Source: Schmidtea polychroa (taxonomy: Eukaryota). Taken from it: a DNA stretch of 64,000 bases. Each line of letters begins with the position of its first letter. The first letter of the stretch is position 1. Both the position numbers and the translations under genes were made by a program. This document shows, in pieces, positions 24,669-36,903 of the stretch. The stretch lies in assembly GCA_044892525.1 (NCBI GenBank), contig CM097886.1:168132312-168196311 (forward strand), written 5' to 3'. The notes below the pieces were generated by a model that was not told the origin of the DNA, did not search any database, and was given only the letters and a program-made list of their open reading frames with translations.

Positions 24669-25600
24669 TGTAATGTATGGTTATATATTTTATCGATTCT
24701 TGAACAAGGTTTTGCGACGCCTTGTTATTTTATGGAGTGTAGGTTGCAATGGCCAAGAATAAAAATACTATATAGCGATAATTTACTACCATAGTAAATT
24801 ATCGCTATACAAATATCGACAAATTAAAAAATCTATTTAGAAAAATATTTAAAATACAAGAAAGCTCAAATAATCTAAATTATTCAAAGAAAGAAAAACA
24901 TACTCTTAAAGTTTATAAAATACCAGACAATCACTGATTATAGTTGGTAGCAAGAGTTTTTTATAATTGGGAAGCGAGTATCTTCATCACTAATCAAATT
25001 CAAATCCAAACGTTCCTAAAGATTGGAAATTCTATCTTCATCACTAATCAAATTCAAATCCAAACGTTCCTAAAGATTGGAAATTCTCAAGTGTTTTTTT
25101 ATAATTGGAAAGCGAGTATCTTCATCACTAATCAAATTCAAATCCAAACGTTCCTAAAGATTGGAAATTCTATCTTCATCACTAATCAAATTCAAATCCA
25201 AACGTTCCTAAAGATTGGAAATTCTCAAGTGTTTTTTTATAATTGGAAAGCGAGTATCTTCATCACTAATCAAATTCAAATCCAAACGTTCCTAAAGATT
25301 GGAAATTCTCAAGTGTTTTTTTTATTACAACTCCTTCAATATACACAGTGAATAGCTAAATAAACAGTAAGCATAGTGTGTTTTATATATAATATTTCAT
25401 TAATAAAATTTGTTATTGTTTACAAGTGTTATTGTTGATTTTATTATTCGTTTTATTTGGGGTGTCATAAGCACGCAGATACACACGCACCCCGATTGTC
25501 CCGCCACAAGTTTTAACGGAGACTCTTTCGGGCTCATCAAATTTCATAACACACACAAATATAATAGGAACTTTCCAACAAAACAACAAAGAATAAATTT
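24669..25600 (+). mobile_element. Probable solo LTR related to the LTR at 59115-59800 (boundaries approximate)
   Basis: Starts tgtaatgta like the 59800 LTR, has the same palindrome about 100 bp in, an AATAAA near 25400, and a 62-nt motif 61/62 identical to 59191-59252. No TSD was found. Confidence 0.55.
24955..25325 (+). repeat. Higher-order tandem repeat: five 54-bp units plus ~30-bp linkers (54+54+30 = 138-bp period)
   Basis: tatcttcatcactaatcaaattcaaatccaaacgttcctaaagattggaaattc x5, near-perfect. Confidence 0.92.
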
Positions 25601-26039
25601 ACTAGACTTTCAAATATATATGCAACTCTAAATTAAAATCAACCACACTTTGAATATACATTTTAAACTGGTTAATTAATGTAAGATCTAACAAATTTAT
25701 GTAATGATTTATATAACACCATACTTAATTGTCAACTACTTTATTTATAAGACCCCAAATCACTTTACTTCAGTGATGATTGTAACAAAAAACCAATGTT
25801 TTACACGAAACACAGACATATATCTACTCTTTATAGATTCTTCAAGGTGAATTATTCTTGTGGCCTCTGCCCCATTATTATTTAGTGAGAGCCAAATTCT
25901 AGTACAAAAATATCTGAGATCACAATTCATTGACACAAAAATCAGAGACCCGAATACTTTTTACTATTGTGTGATCTTCACAATGACTTAACCCATTGAC
26001 CCGATTCATCTATCCAAACAAAAAAACCAAGCATTAAAA

Positions 26040-26532
26040 ATGTTGTCTCTGTTCCATCAAATGCGTTATAAGCATCGTACAAAGTTGCTTAAAGAATCGC
26101 GAAATGTAAAAAACCACACAATAGGAGAAACTTTAGTTTTGCAATCAGCTATTGATATAGTTAAACTAATGTTCGTTGAATCATATGCGAAACAGTTGCG
26201 ACTAATACCGCTTGCTGATAATACAGTTGTTAGAACAATCAATGATATATCTGAAGATCTTTGTGTACAGGTAATTTCTCAACTGCATGATTCAAAGTTC
26301 ACCATTCAAGTAGATGAGGCAACCAACGTAGCTAAAGACGCTCACTTAATTGCTTATGTTCGATATGTTTCAAAAGCTAATATAACAGAAGATATATTAT
26401 TTTGCCAACCTATTCGTGGAAAAGCTTTTTTTAATATAGTTAACACTTTTTACAGTTGTTTTAAAACATAGGGAAGGCGCCAAGATTAAATATTTTAGGA
26501 AGGATTATTGACATAAAAGTTGAAAACCGCTG
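26040..26532 (+). mobile_element. hAT Buster/Charlie (ZBED5/SCAND3-like) transposase fragment joined to a 3' TIR
   Basis: HTIGETLVL...IPLADNTVVRTINDISED...FTIQVDEATNVAKDAHLIAYVRY...EDILFC. TIR gttgaaaaccgctg ends at 26532. This is an internally deleted copy. Confidence 0.85.
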
Positions 26533-26949
26533 GGCTAAGCCATGAATATTATTCATTGTCGTAATTGTCATTCGTGCGTAGAAAAGAGAAAATATTTTAA
26601 ATGTAGAAAAATTAATATAAACTCACATACACTTATAATAAAATTGCATTTACTAAAGCCAGATAAATTTTAAAGAATATATTTTAGAAATGATTTTCAT
26701 TTTCTGAAAATACGTGCAATTTTTAACGGAAATAGGCGAAGTTTTATTATTTACGATTGCATAAAATCTTATGGAAATAGGTTAAACTGGTTCATCTTAT
26801 TAATGACAATTATTTTAATTCTGATAAAATTTATCTCACTAAAAGTTAAACATTAAAGCATTACATTAAAATATATTTACAATTTAAGAGAACAAAATAC
26901 TACACTCGGTTCAATTGGACAACATTTTCTAATATTCAAAAAATAGATA

Positions 26950-27899
26950 CACCCGTTTGCGAAATATAACATAGCCTATAATTAAAAAAAAATCAATAAA
27001 TATATATTATAGGAACACACAAACTTACCTGCGTGTAAAATTTTAATGCTGCGAAAGCTAACATATTTATTATAGGAATCTAAAAAGTGAGAGAAAATAA
27101 TTAAGCATACAAACACAGCACACATAACGAAAAATACATACAAAATTAATAACGTGTTTTTTTTGCGAAATTAACATTAATTAACATATAATTAACATAT
27201 TAATATTTTCAAATTATTTAAAAAGTTATGCACAAAAATACTTTTAAATCAGATTCCAACTGCTCTACCTTGAGCTTTAGAGAAAAAGAAGAAAATACAT
27301 CGTAAGATTTAATTATAAGATAATTTAGAATATAAAATTTTTTTAGATTTACAGATATTGAAGAAGGTCCTTCGACATCTTTGAATTTGCAGGAAAAAAT
27401 TCGCAAATCGTAAATTTTAATAAATTATTTTAACAAATTAATATTTTCATAGAATTACAGAAAAAGACAAAATTCGAAAGAAGATTACAAAAACTTAAAA
27501 AACTATTTTATCCATTCTTTCCTAAATGTCTTAAAAAAATAAATGTTTGGTGAATACTTTATTTATTCATAATTATAAAAATATCTAACTTACATTTTTA
27601 AGAAATAAATCCAAATAAAATACCATAAAATTTCTAAAAACACCTGAAATTTAATTATCAATATGTTATATTATAAATGATGACTAACAGTAATATTTAA
27701 GAACTTGAATAATGATCTCATAATTATATAAAATCAAAAGTCCTAAAAATTACTTTAATTCAAAAACTTACCTTAAAACGATTTTTGAAAAATTGAATAA
27801 ATGAAATTAAGTTAACATTGTCATATAATTGATGACTCACCTCAACTGGTGTGCACACCAACGTATATTATAGACAATGTTAACTTTCGCAAACGGGTG
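26950..27899. mobile_element. TA-flanked non-autonomous DNA transposon, TIR CACCCGTTTGCGAAA
   Basis: ta|cacccgtttgcgaaatataacat ... atgttaactttcgcaaacgggtg|ta. Confidence 0.85.
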
Positions 27900-28971
27900 T
27901 AACATGCCAACTTGTCTGTGTGTTGAAAATCTTGTTACACTGGATAACATCTTTATTATAGGATTTTAATTTGGTCATAGAAATAAACTTAATCTCACCT
28001 CAAAATTCCTATAATAAAAGACGCTATTAAATTAGTAATCAAAACTTCATTGTGTTTGATAACACCAAAATTGAAATTTATTTTTTAAAATAATGAATTT
28101 TCAAGTTATTATTTTGTAATTATAAAAATAATTTTTGTTAAAAATAAATATTAAATTGCATTTAAATACTTAAATAAAACTTATTTATAAAAAAAGAATA
28201 ATAAAATAAACTAACTTGATAAAATGACAAATTAACAAATAAATTTTATTGGCTTGTAATGTTTGACAATTCAACACGCACTACAAAAATACAATAGAAC
28301 TAATCCGGGTATATATTTACGTTATTCCAAGTTTATAATATTAAAAACAATCTAAAAAGTTATATTATCGGAACACACAAACTTATCTGTGTGTAAAAAT
28401 TTAATGTTTTAATGAATAAACGTTTTTACATAGAAATTTAGAAAGTGGTAGAAAAATAATTTAACAACAAAACACAACACATATAATAAAAAATGCATGT
28501 AAATTTTTGATAGGTTTTTTCATTTTAATGAATAAAAGTGAAAACATATAGTTAACAAATTTTTTCCAATTTATCAAAAAATCATGGCGGAACAAATTTT
28601 TAAGAAAAACTTTTGTCGAGAAAATGACGAAAAATCTTCGTAAGATTTATAAGATAAAATGTAAGTTTAAAATTTCGTTAGAATTTCAGATATTATCATC
28701 AGTATATTTATAATGAAAATAAATATCTCAATGTCTGGTTTAGGAAATACTTTCGCTATAATAGCTATAAGTGATAATTGGATATTCAAAACAAATTAAA
28801 TTGTTTACAATTAAAATGGGAAACTCTGTGTTTTTGCGAAAGTGAAGACCTGCCGTAAGATTTATTCATAAAAGTACAAATAGTTTGAATTTTTTACAGT
28901 ATTTCAGATATTTCTTTTCAAACTCTGTTTTTTGTGAAGATGAAATCCCCCTCAAAAAATACTCGTTTTAA

Positions 28972-29211
28972 CCCTTTTGCTGCTCCGCACGTATATTATC
29001 GCAAAAAAAACCGTGCCACATACGCTCTAAACGAGTATATTCGCATATTGTTTCAAAATAGTTTGCTGCTCTGGTGAAAATATTTTGAAGCCAGTCTCCA
29101 TTTTAGATTATAATAAAAACATGGGGTCTGTTGATAGAAGTGATATGATGCTAAGCTCTACGGAAACTGTTACGGGCACGTAATTTCAAAAAGCAATGCG
29201 CAGCGAAAGGG
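28972..29211. mobile_element. piggyBac-type MITE
   Basis: ttaa|cccttttgctgc ... gcagcgaaaggg|ttaa (TTAA TSD, CCC/GGG ends, 11/12 TIR match). Confidence 0.85.
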
Positions 29212-29261
29212 TTAAAAGGCTTAAATACAAAATATTTTATTTAATAAATAGTTAAACATAT

Positions 29262-30090
29262 ATTTGGTAATGATTTAACTATAAGATAACGCCAATCAAA
29301 CATTTTTTTCACGATATATTTCGACAGTTTTCCTGTCATCATCAGGTGGGATATAAAACTATACAAATTAAGGATTTTAAACAAATTTATTAATTATATA
29401 TAAAAAAAATTTTATTTAATAAAAACATTTAATTATTTTTAAAACATTATAATAAAATTAATATATTATTTTTTAAAATTTTAGCATTCAAATTTTAATT
29501 TAATAATTTAAAAATTTTATTAATTATTTAATTTAATACAACAATCAATACATACAATATACAAAAAAATTATTTAAAAACATTCAAAACACAAGTATTT
29601 ACTGCATTCTGCACATTAATTTTCGGATTCAATGACTTTATCAACAACGCCTCACCAATCACACGTTCTCAATAATTATCGAAATTTTTTAATAAAATTT
29701 TAAAATCAGACATACCTATTTTAATCTTACAGCCCTTATTGTATACTCACCAATATGAGTCAAAGCCTTCGGTCTACTTTCCATGAAGTTGGCACTATCC
29801 TATAGTTTAAATTTCCTAACTGCTTTCTTATCTTCACTTTATAATCCTTAAAACCTTCTGAGTACGACAATACTAACACAAATTTAGACTCATCATCCTT
29901 GCACACACTATTTAATTTATTTAATTCATCAGGCTCACACACCTCAACAACATCACACCCAGATTTTCTCAAACATGGATCCTTAGGATTTTTAATAACC
30001 GTTCTTCATTAACAATTTAACCAATTTATCAACACTTTTTACTGAATTTTTAAAAGTAGAAGACAAAGACCATGCACAATAAAAATTTTA
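29262..30090 (-). mobile_element. Penelope family-1, inverted internally deleted copy
   Basis: Reverse complement of the 3' half of the element (KFVLVLSYSEGFKDYKVKIRKQLG...), with hammerhead at 29310-29348. Confidence 0.88.
29310..29348 (-). ncRNA. Minimal type-I hammerhead ribozyme (identical to 31232-31270)
   Basis: Exact reverse complement of the 31232-31270 motif. Confidence 0.8.
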
Positions 30091-30099
30091 AATTAATTA

Positions 30100-31315
30100 A
30101 AAATAAGCAAATTGATGAAGAGCTGTTTAAATCTATTCGCCCAATGGGATCACAACCAGCAAAAAATGTATGGACTTCCAAAAATCCATAAAGATGGCGT
30201 GCCTATGAGACCTGTTTTATCCATGATTGGCACTGCCCAGTATAAAATAGCCAAATTTTTGGATGGATTATTGAAACTATTAATACGATCAGAATTTGAA
30301 TGTAAAGATAGTTTTGAATTTGTTTCCTGAATTCCACAATATGATAGACAAAGTATGGATGAAATTATGGTTTCGTTTGATGTTTGTAGTCTGTTTACAA
30401 ATGTACCATTGGTTGAAACAATTGAATTATGTTGCTTGTTATGGAATGAAAATATTTCTGAACATCATATTTTGGACGGAAGAGCATTTCGTGAACTTCT
30501 TGTATTTGCTACTTCAAAAATCAATTTTCTTTTCAATAATGAATGGTATCAACAAATAGATGGAGTTGCTATGGGTTCAGAAGGTTTGAAGGATTATAAA
30601 GTGAAGATAAGAAAGCAGTTAGGAAATTTAAACTATAGGATAGTGCCAACTTCATGGAAAGTACGCAATATGTTTATTAATAAGTCAAAAACTCCAATCG
30701 AATTGTGTTCCGATCTCGTTTATCAGTTTACATGTAATGGGTGTAATGCCACATACATTTGAGAGACTTCTTGTCATCTCTGTATTCGAGCTCGAGAACA
30801 TTGTAGACCGAAGGTTTTGACCCATATTGGTGAGCACAATAAGGGCTGTAAGATTAAAATAGGTATGTCTGATTTTAAAATTTTATTAAAAAATTTCGAT
30901 AATTATTGAGAACGTGTGATTGGTGAGGCGTTGTTGATAAAGTCATTGAATCCGAAAATTAATGTGCAGAATGCAGTAAATACTTGTGTTTTGAATGTTT
31001 TTAAATAATTTTTTTGTATATTGTATGTATTGATTGTTGTATTAAATTAAATAATTAATAAAATTTTTAAATTTTTAAATTAAAATTTGAATGCTAAAAT
31101 TTTAAAAAATAATATATTAATTTAATTATAATGTTTTAAAAATAATTAAATGTTTTTATTAAATAAAATTTTTTTTTATATATAATTAATAAATTTGTTT
31201 AAAATCCTTAATTTGTATAATTTTTATATCCCACCTGATGATGACAGGAAAACTGTCGAAATATATCGTGAAAAGAATGTTTGATTGGCGTTATCCTATA
31301 ATTTTATTTAATGTT
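30100..31315 (+). mobile_element. Penelope family-1 copy (RT N-half fused to GIY-YIG by internal deletion)
   Basis: MYGLPKIHKDGVPMRPVLS, VSFDVCSLFTNVP, QQIDGVAMGS|EGLKDY, LVYQFTCNGCNATYI*ETS. Hammerhead at 31232-31270. Confidence 0.9.
31232..31270 (+). ncRNA. Minimal type-I hammerhead ribozyme (Penelope pLTR type)
   Basis: CAC-CUGAUGA-U-GACAG[GAAAA]CUGUC-GAAA-UAUA-UC^-GUG: intact core, 5-bp stem II, palindromic stem III, 3-bp stem I. Confidence 0.8.
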
Positions 31316-32221
31316 TCTATGTGTCTTAATTATTTTGTAATTGAAAAAGCGTGATCAATATAAACAAAAAAATTGGAAATATATAAAATATGAGCAATTT
31401 CAACACCAGANNNNNNNNNNNNNNNNNNNNNNNNNNNNNNNNNNNNNNNNNNNNNNNNNNNNNNNNNNNNNNNNNNNNNNNNNNNNNNNNNNNNNNNNNN
31501 NNNNNNNNNNNNNNNNNNNNNNNNNNNNNNNNNNNNNNNNNNNNNNNNNNNNNNNNNNNNNNNNNNNNNNNNNNNNNNNNNNNNNNNNNNNNNNNNNNNN
31601 NNNNNNNAAATAAAATGTTTAAGGCCATTATAAATTTTCAAACCCTGTCAACATTGTTTGTAATATTCTCCCTTTTCTCTTTAAATAAAGTTGATGCATT
31701 GTTTAAACCGGATATCCGGGTAGGGCTTTTTTATTAAAAATTTAATTAAATACGTTTCGATTTGTAAAATGGCAGGATATGATATCCTTTGAGATCCTGT
31801 AGAATCTCGATAAGATCTTTATATCAATTCAGGCTCTTGCCAATGAAAGTAAATCATCTAAATAATGTGCAAATTGATGCTAATGATTGATCTTATCGCA
31901 AATTCCTTAAAAGGTTACCAGTCCAAGGAGTTTCTATATTTATTATGTTTAAATGACAGAAGTATCTAAGTAGAACACTCAGAGGTACAGTGATGTAATA
32001 TTTATATAATACTATTATAATAGTTCAATTAAAAAACCAAGAAAATAATTTATTTAATTAATTAACAAATAACGTCCACAAGGGACTAAAAACAAATTAA
32101 TTTTATTGATGTTAGGTGTCATTTGTTTAAAAAAATTTTAAGTGCATTTCAATCATTAAATTGAGTCCGTTGTATTTAGATCAGAGTAATAAGGAATCTC
32201 ATCTTGCCTTTAAAGCAATCA

Positions 32222-32224
<3 letters not shown>

Positions 32225-32264
<40 letters not shown>

Positions 32265-32700
32265 TAAAGTGATGATTACTTGGTAGCTGCATTAATTAAA
32301 TTTAAAAACAACTAAACGATAATTTAAGCCTTTTGCTGCGAATAATTTATTTACGACAAATGAAAACATTATCGACTATAAGATAGCTCTTGTCAATTTC
32401 ATGAAGTTTAGCTTCTTCTATTTTCTAAAATACTCTTTGATCTTCTCTTTTATTTTTTTTTTCTTATATCTCATTGGTCAAAAATTATAATAAACTTTTT
32501 TTTTGAAAAATTTAAAATTCTAAAAAATTTTTTTAATAAATATCCTTTAAATTTCAAAATGACTCACTAAGAAAAATTTTTAAATTTTTAAAGCTCCTTT
32601 AATTAGCTTATAGAAACCTATTTTAATAAATACTATCTTAAAATATTTATAAAATATAGTTTCCATTAATTATTTATATACGCAATTAAAATATTTTAAA
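32225..32700 (-). mobile_element. Penelope family-2 inverted 3' UTR (pLTR-like), next to a gap
   Basis: aatttaagccttttgctgcgaataat...atcgactataagatag is the reverse complement of the family-2 UTR. (AAT)n lies on the outer flank. Confidence 0.75.
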
Positions 32701-32945
32701 AAATGTTTCTATTTTGATTTTTAAATTCTAACGATCTTCTAAAATTATATTTNNNNNNNNNNNNNNNNNNNNNNNNNNNNNNNNNNNNNNNNNNNNNNNN
32801 NNNNNNNNNNNNNNNNNNNNNNNNNNNNNNNNNNNNNNNNNNNNNNNNNNNNNNNNNNNNNNNNNNNNNNNNNNNNNNNNNNNNNNNNNNNNNNNNNNNN
32901 NNNNNNNNNNNNNNNNNNNNNNNNNNNNNNNNNNNNNNNNNNNNN

Positions 32946-35529
32946 ATTACAGTGAACAAAGAATTGGTAACCGACCTCATAAATGTTTATCCAAAGGTGA
33001 AAAAGGAGTACTTTCACTAGGACCAAAGTTCAGTATAAACAGAGAAATAGATGAAGCAGCCATCCTCAATTTCAAAACAGCTCTTTGTCGCATTGCGTAC
33101 CAGATCAAATGGAACAATACAATACCTCATGAAAATGAAGATAGCGAAAACCAGCTCCCAATATACATAAACACAGATAAACGCTATCAACCAAATCCTG
33201 ATGCAGAATTAGATTCAACACTGTCAAAGGTCTGTCACAAAATCATGGAGATAGTTGAGAAGGAAAGAAGAAAACCATATCTCTCAAACCTAACGAAAGA
33301 CGAACAAGCAATATTAAAGTCCCTTAAAAAGAAACCACACGTTTACTTACCAAGTGACAAGGATGAGAATTTTGCATTATAGAGAAGAATCGTTACTGTG
33401 AAGCTGATTACGAACACCTCGGCAACATCGAAACATACAAGAAAGTCGCCGCATGTCACCAAACACCATCGAAATGAAGATCAACAAAGTATGGAAAGCC
33501 ATAGCTTTGGAAATGAAGCTCAACACCAGAATAACCAGCAGCTTCGTCACAAAAACGTCTGATTTTCCCAACTTCTACCACTTAATTAAAACTCACAAAG
33601 AGGGTCCTGGTATCAAAATTAGACTTATAGCGTCCAACAAAAATGGACCAACAACTGAAACAAGTTGGTTCCTTGCAAAGATCTTGAAACATTTATTGGA
33701 CACGATACCACACCATCTTCAAAGCAGCGACTGCCTCATGACAAGATTAAATAATAACATAACTTGTCATAGAGAATTCAAATACCCATTCAGTCTTGAT
33801 GTCGTATCACTATAAACATCTATAGAACCAAAAGAGGCTATTCAATGTTTAGAAAAGAAATTAAGAGAAAGTAACTTGTTAATAAAGGAAATGAATATCG
33901 AGAATAGCACCAAACTACTTACTGTTATCCTCGAGAACACCTATTTTACCTTTGAGCAAAATATCTATAAACAAGTTAAAGGTCTGCTTATGGGTTCTAG
34001 CATATAAGGACTGCTAGCAATCATCTTTATGGATAACTTCGAACGACAAACACTGAGGACCATACAACCCATCGGTTTCTATGAAAGATATGTAGATGAT
34101 ATCTTCATCACGACCAAAAGCAGAAAAGAAGCGGAGGAAATATTTCATACATTCAATGCGGCTCACCGAGATATTAAGTTCGAAATCGAATATCCGGAAG
34201 AAGATGGATCCCTTAATTTATTGGATTTGAGAATTAAAATAGAAGAAAATACTCCAACATACGGGTTCTACAGAAAACCAGCTCGCAAAGAAATATTTAT
34301 GCACCAAAGATCAGCGCTTCCATACTTACAGAAAGTACATGTCATAAGAAACGAGAAACGAAGAATAGCCAATCGATGCAAGGAGAAAAACGAAAACTTT
34401 AAAGAAAAATCAAATTTCAATAAAATCCTACACCGAAATGGATACCAAGGTGAAGACATTGAAAGAATGAATTCTACCCCAAGAAGATCTAGGGAATTAA
34501 CACAAAAGAATCAGAAATATTTCTATCTGAATATCCCATTCATCAGTGACATACTCGACTTCAAGATCCTGAAAGAACTAAAACGTACCGGTCTTCCAAT
34601 TCGGATAGCACATAAATCTTGGACATTGAGAAGGGCTCTGGCAGGCAACATAAATAGAGAAAACAATTGCACAATGAAAAACTGCCAGACACCGAAAGAT
34701 ATGTGCTTTAGAAAAAACATCGTTTATTGCATCACGTGCAATGTATGCAATGAAATCTACATTGGAAGTACACTCAGGACCTTGCACCAAAGAGTTAAAG
34801 AACATCTAGATCCTGGTGGAACATCCTCGTTGGGCAGACATCTCCTGCAGTGTCAGCCAACAATGGAAAGAAAAAATATTTCAAGAGAAATCCTAGCTAA
34901 TGGAAACATCCAAAAGAAAAGTGTCAGATTCAAAGAAGCAATTCTCATCATAAACAGACAGCCAAAGATCAACAATAAAGAAGAAATCAATGAAATCATA
35001 AATTTGATCTGTTGTCATTGACCTTGAGAATAACTGACAATAAATAAAGAAATTTAAAAAATATATAATAAATTAAAAAGTAATAATTAGAATAATATAA
35101 AAAATTTCAAAAAATAGGATTTGAAAATCAAAATTGACACATTTATTTATTTAAATAGCATATTTATATTTATATTTAAATAGCATATATAAGTGGTTAT
35201 TGGAGGCTTTATTTAGAATATTTTCAAATATTTTATTAGGCTTCTAGAAGCTAATTATAGAAGCTGTATAAAAAAATTTAAAAATTTTTACTTTTTGTCA
35301 TTTTGAAATTTTAAATGTAAAAATTTTAAAAGTTTTTAGTAAAACAATTCATTATATTTACAACCAATGAGAATTAAGAGAAAGGAAATAAAAGAAAGAT
35401 TGAAAGGTATTTTGGGGAAGAACATTGCTAAATTCCAGGAGATTGATAAGGACTTTCTTATAGTTGAAAATTTTTTCATTAAATACATTATTTGCAGCAA
35501 AAGGCTTAAATTATCATTTTATTGTTTTA

Positions 35530-35530
<1 letters not shown>
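32946..35530 (+). mobile_element. Penelope-like element family 2 (RT + GIY-YIG), several stops and frameshifts
   Basis: LGPKF, NLTKDEQAILKSL, PNFYHLIKTHK, FSLDVVSL*TSI, QVKGLLMGS, RYVDDIFI, LNLLDL, FYRKP, IVYCITCNVCNEIYIGSTLRTLHQRVKEH. The 3' UTR is followed by (AAT)n at 35532-35582. Confidence 0.92.
34029..35021 (+). pseudogene. Penelope RT C-half + GIY-YIG endonuclease (open remnant of a disrupted ORF)
   Basis: YVDD motif, thumb region and GIY-YIG signature. The upstream part contains stops. Confidence 0.85.
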
Positions 35531-35582
<52 letters not shown>

Positions 35583-35584
<2 letters not shown>

Positions 35585-36530
35585 TTGGGTTTTAGGATAC
35601 TAAAAAGTCGACCGTTGGTTACTCTGATTCCACGTGTCCCAAAATTGACAAATACAAACTCGCAGCGTATATTTGTTTTATAGCAAATTTGCAATTTTCA
35701 ATAAATAATTACAACTCCTAGTTAACCACGATTTTGCTCGCAATTTCTGATCGAAACTCGCCCTGGACAGTCTCGACCTTGTGCGATTTAAAAATAAGTT
35801 TCACCTTTTTATTTGATATTCCGCGCTCTGATCCGAACTTTTTAATAATCCTTTTTTTGAACTCTTTAGTTACTCTTATAATTCCCTTTTAGTTCTTGAC
35901 TTTGTTCCTCAAACTCCTATTGTCAGTTTCTTCTTCCATAATAAGGCTAATGTCGATTATCTGAATTTGGAGTTTCCTTATATATTCCCATAATCGTTGT
36001 AATTGCTCCGTTTTTGACCTAATTGGTTTTGACTTCCTTAGTTATTGTTCTTTAATTAGTTATTTATGTTGACCCTTTTAGTAATTCCCTTCTTTTGTTT
36101 ACGCTCGTTTATCCGACTGTTTAGATAATTGCCCTCTAAATTCCCAGTTTGTTTATTCCCCCAAATTGCCACGCCCGGGTTTTACATTGGCTCGGATTTT
36201 CCGTTAGCCAATTAATCAATTAATTAATAGTTTGTTTTTCCATATTTGCCTGTTTTTCGACCCTTTCTAAACATTTTCTAACAATTTCTTGCTCACTGTC
36301 TTCTTCAACATTCCCTAATCTACCCCTCTCCCGTTTTCCAGCTTCAATTTCGATAATATTTCACTTTATTCCACTTCCTCAGGTTTGCGCATTTTTCCAT
36401 TTCGTGTCTGATTGTACCCTTTTATAGTTCTGTTTTTGTCATATCTTTCTTTGCTATTACTTCTCTGCTTGACCGCCATTCTTTTTCGTTCAATTTCGGT
36501 TTTCTTTTTATTAGGAATTATTAAATTTGA
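35583..36530 (-). mobile_element. 3' end of an LTR retrotransposon: integrase-tail remnant, PPT and LTR (LTR about 35583-36310)
   Basis: On the minus strand, the purine tract gggagaggggtagattagggaa (36311-36332) directly precedes TGTTG, and the segment ends CCCAACA at 35583. An upstream peptide Q..SKERYDKNR resembles integrase tails. Confidence 0.5.
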
Positions 36531-36563
36531 CATAATATAATAATTTACTTCAACAACTTCAGC

Positions 36564-36634
<71 letters not shown>

Positions 36635-36691
36635 GTTAAACATACATGGCAATGATTTAATTATAAGATAACGCCAATCAAACATTTTTTT

Positions 36692-36730
36692 CACGATTAA
36701 TTTCGACAGTTTTCCTGTCTTCATCAGGTG
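36692..36730 (-). ncRNA. Minimal type-I hammerhead ribozyme variant
   Basis: CAC-CUGAUGA-A-GACAG[GAAAA]CUGUC-GAAA-UUAA-UC^-GUG. Stem III remains a palindrome (AUUAAU). Confidence 0.78.
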
Positions 36731-36903
36731 GGATATAATACTCATTAAATAAAGGATTTTAAACAAATTTAATTATATATAAAAATTTTTTATTTTTTAA
36801 AAACTTTAACATTTAAAATTTTATTTAATAATTTAAAAATTTAAAATTTTTTTATCAATTATTTAATTTAACACAACAATCAATACATACAATACACAAA
36901 AGC

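Noticed and set aside
24944-25351. Repetitive 135-aa protein or CRISPR-like array
   Set aside because: The units are directly adjacent or joined by an identical linker, with no unique spacers and no cas genes. The ORF arises from 54/84-bp periodicity.
24669-25600. Helitron/Helentron interpretation of the palindrome-bearing element
   Set aside because: The partner copy sits directly after a Gypsy PPT and starts TGTAA, which favours an LTR. There is no TC...CTRR end with a hairpin.
8021-32980. ORFs made mostly of X (e.g. 8074-8394, 15307-15684, 16257-16607, 31326-31737, 32696-33026)
   Set aside because: Artefacts of the N gaps at 8087-8291, 8875-9053, 15450-15656, 16284-16571, 16781-16955, 18952-19082, 20195-20329, 31411-31607 and 32753-32945.
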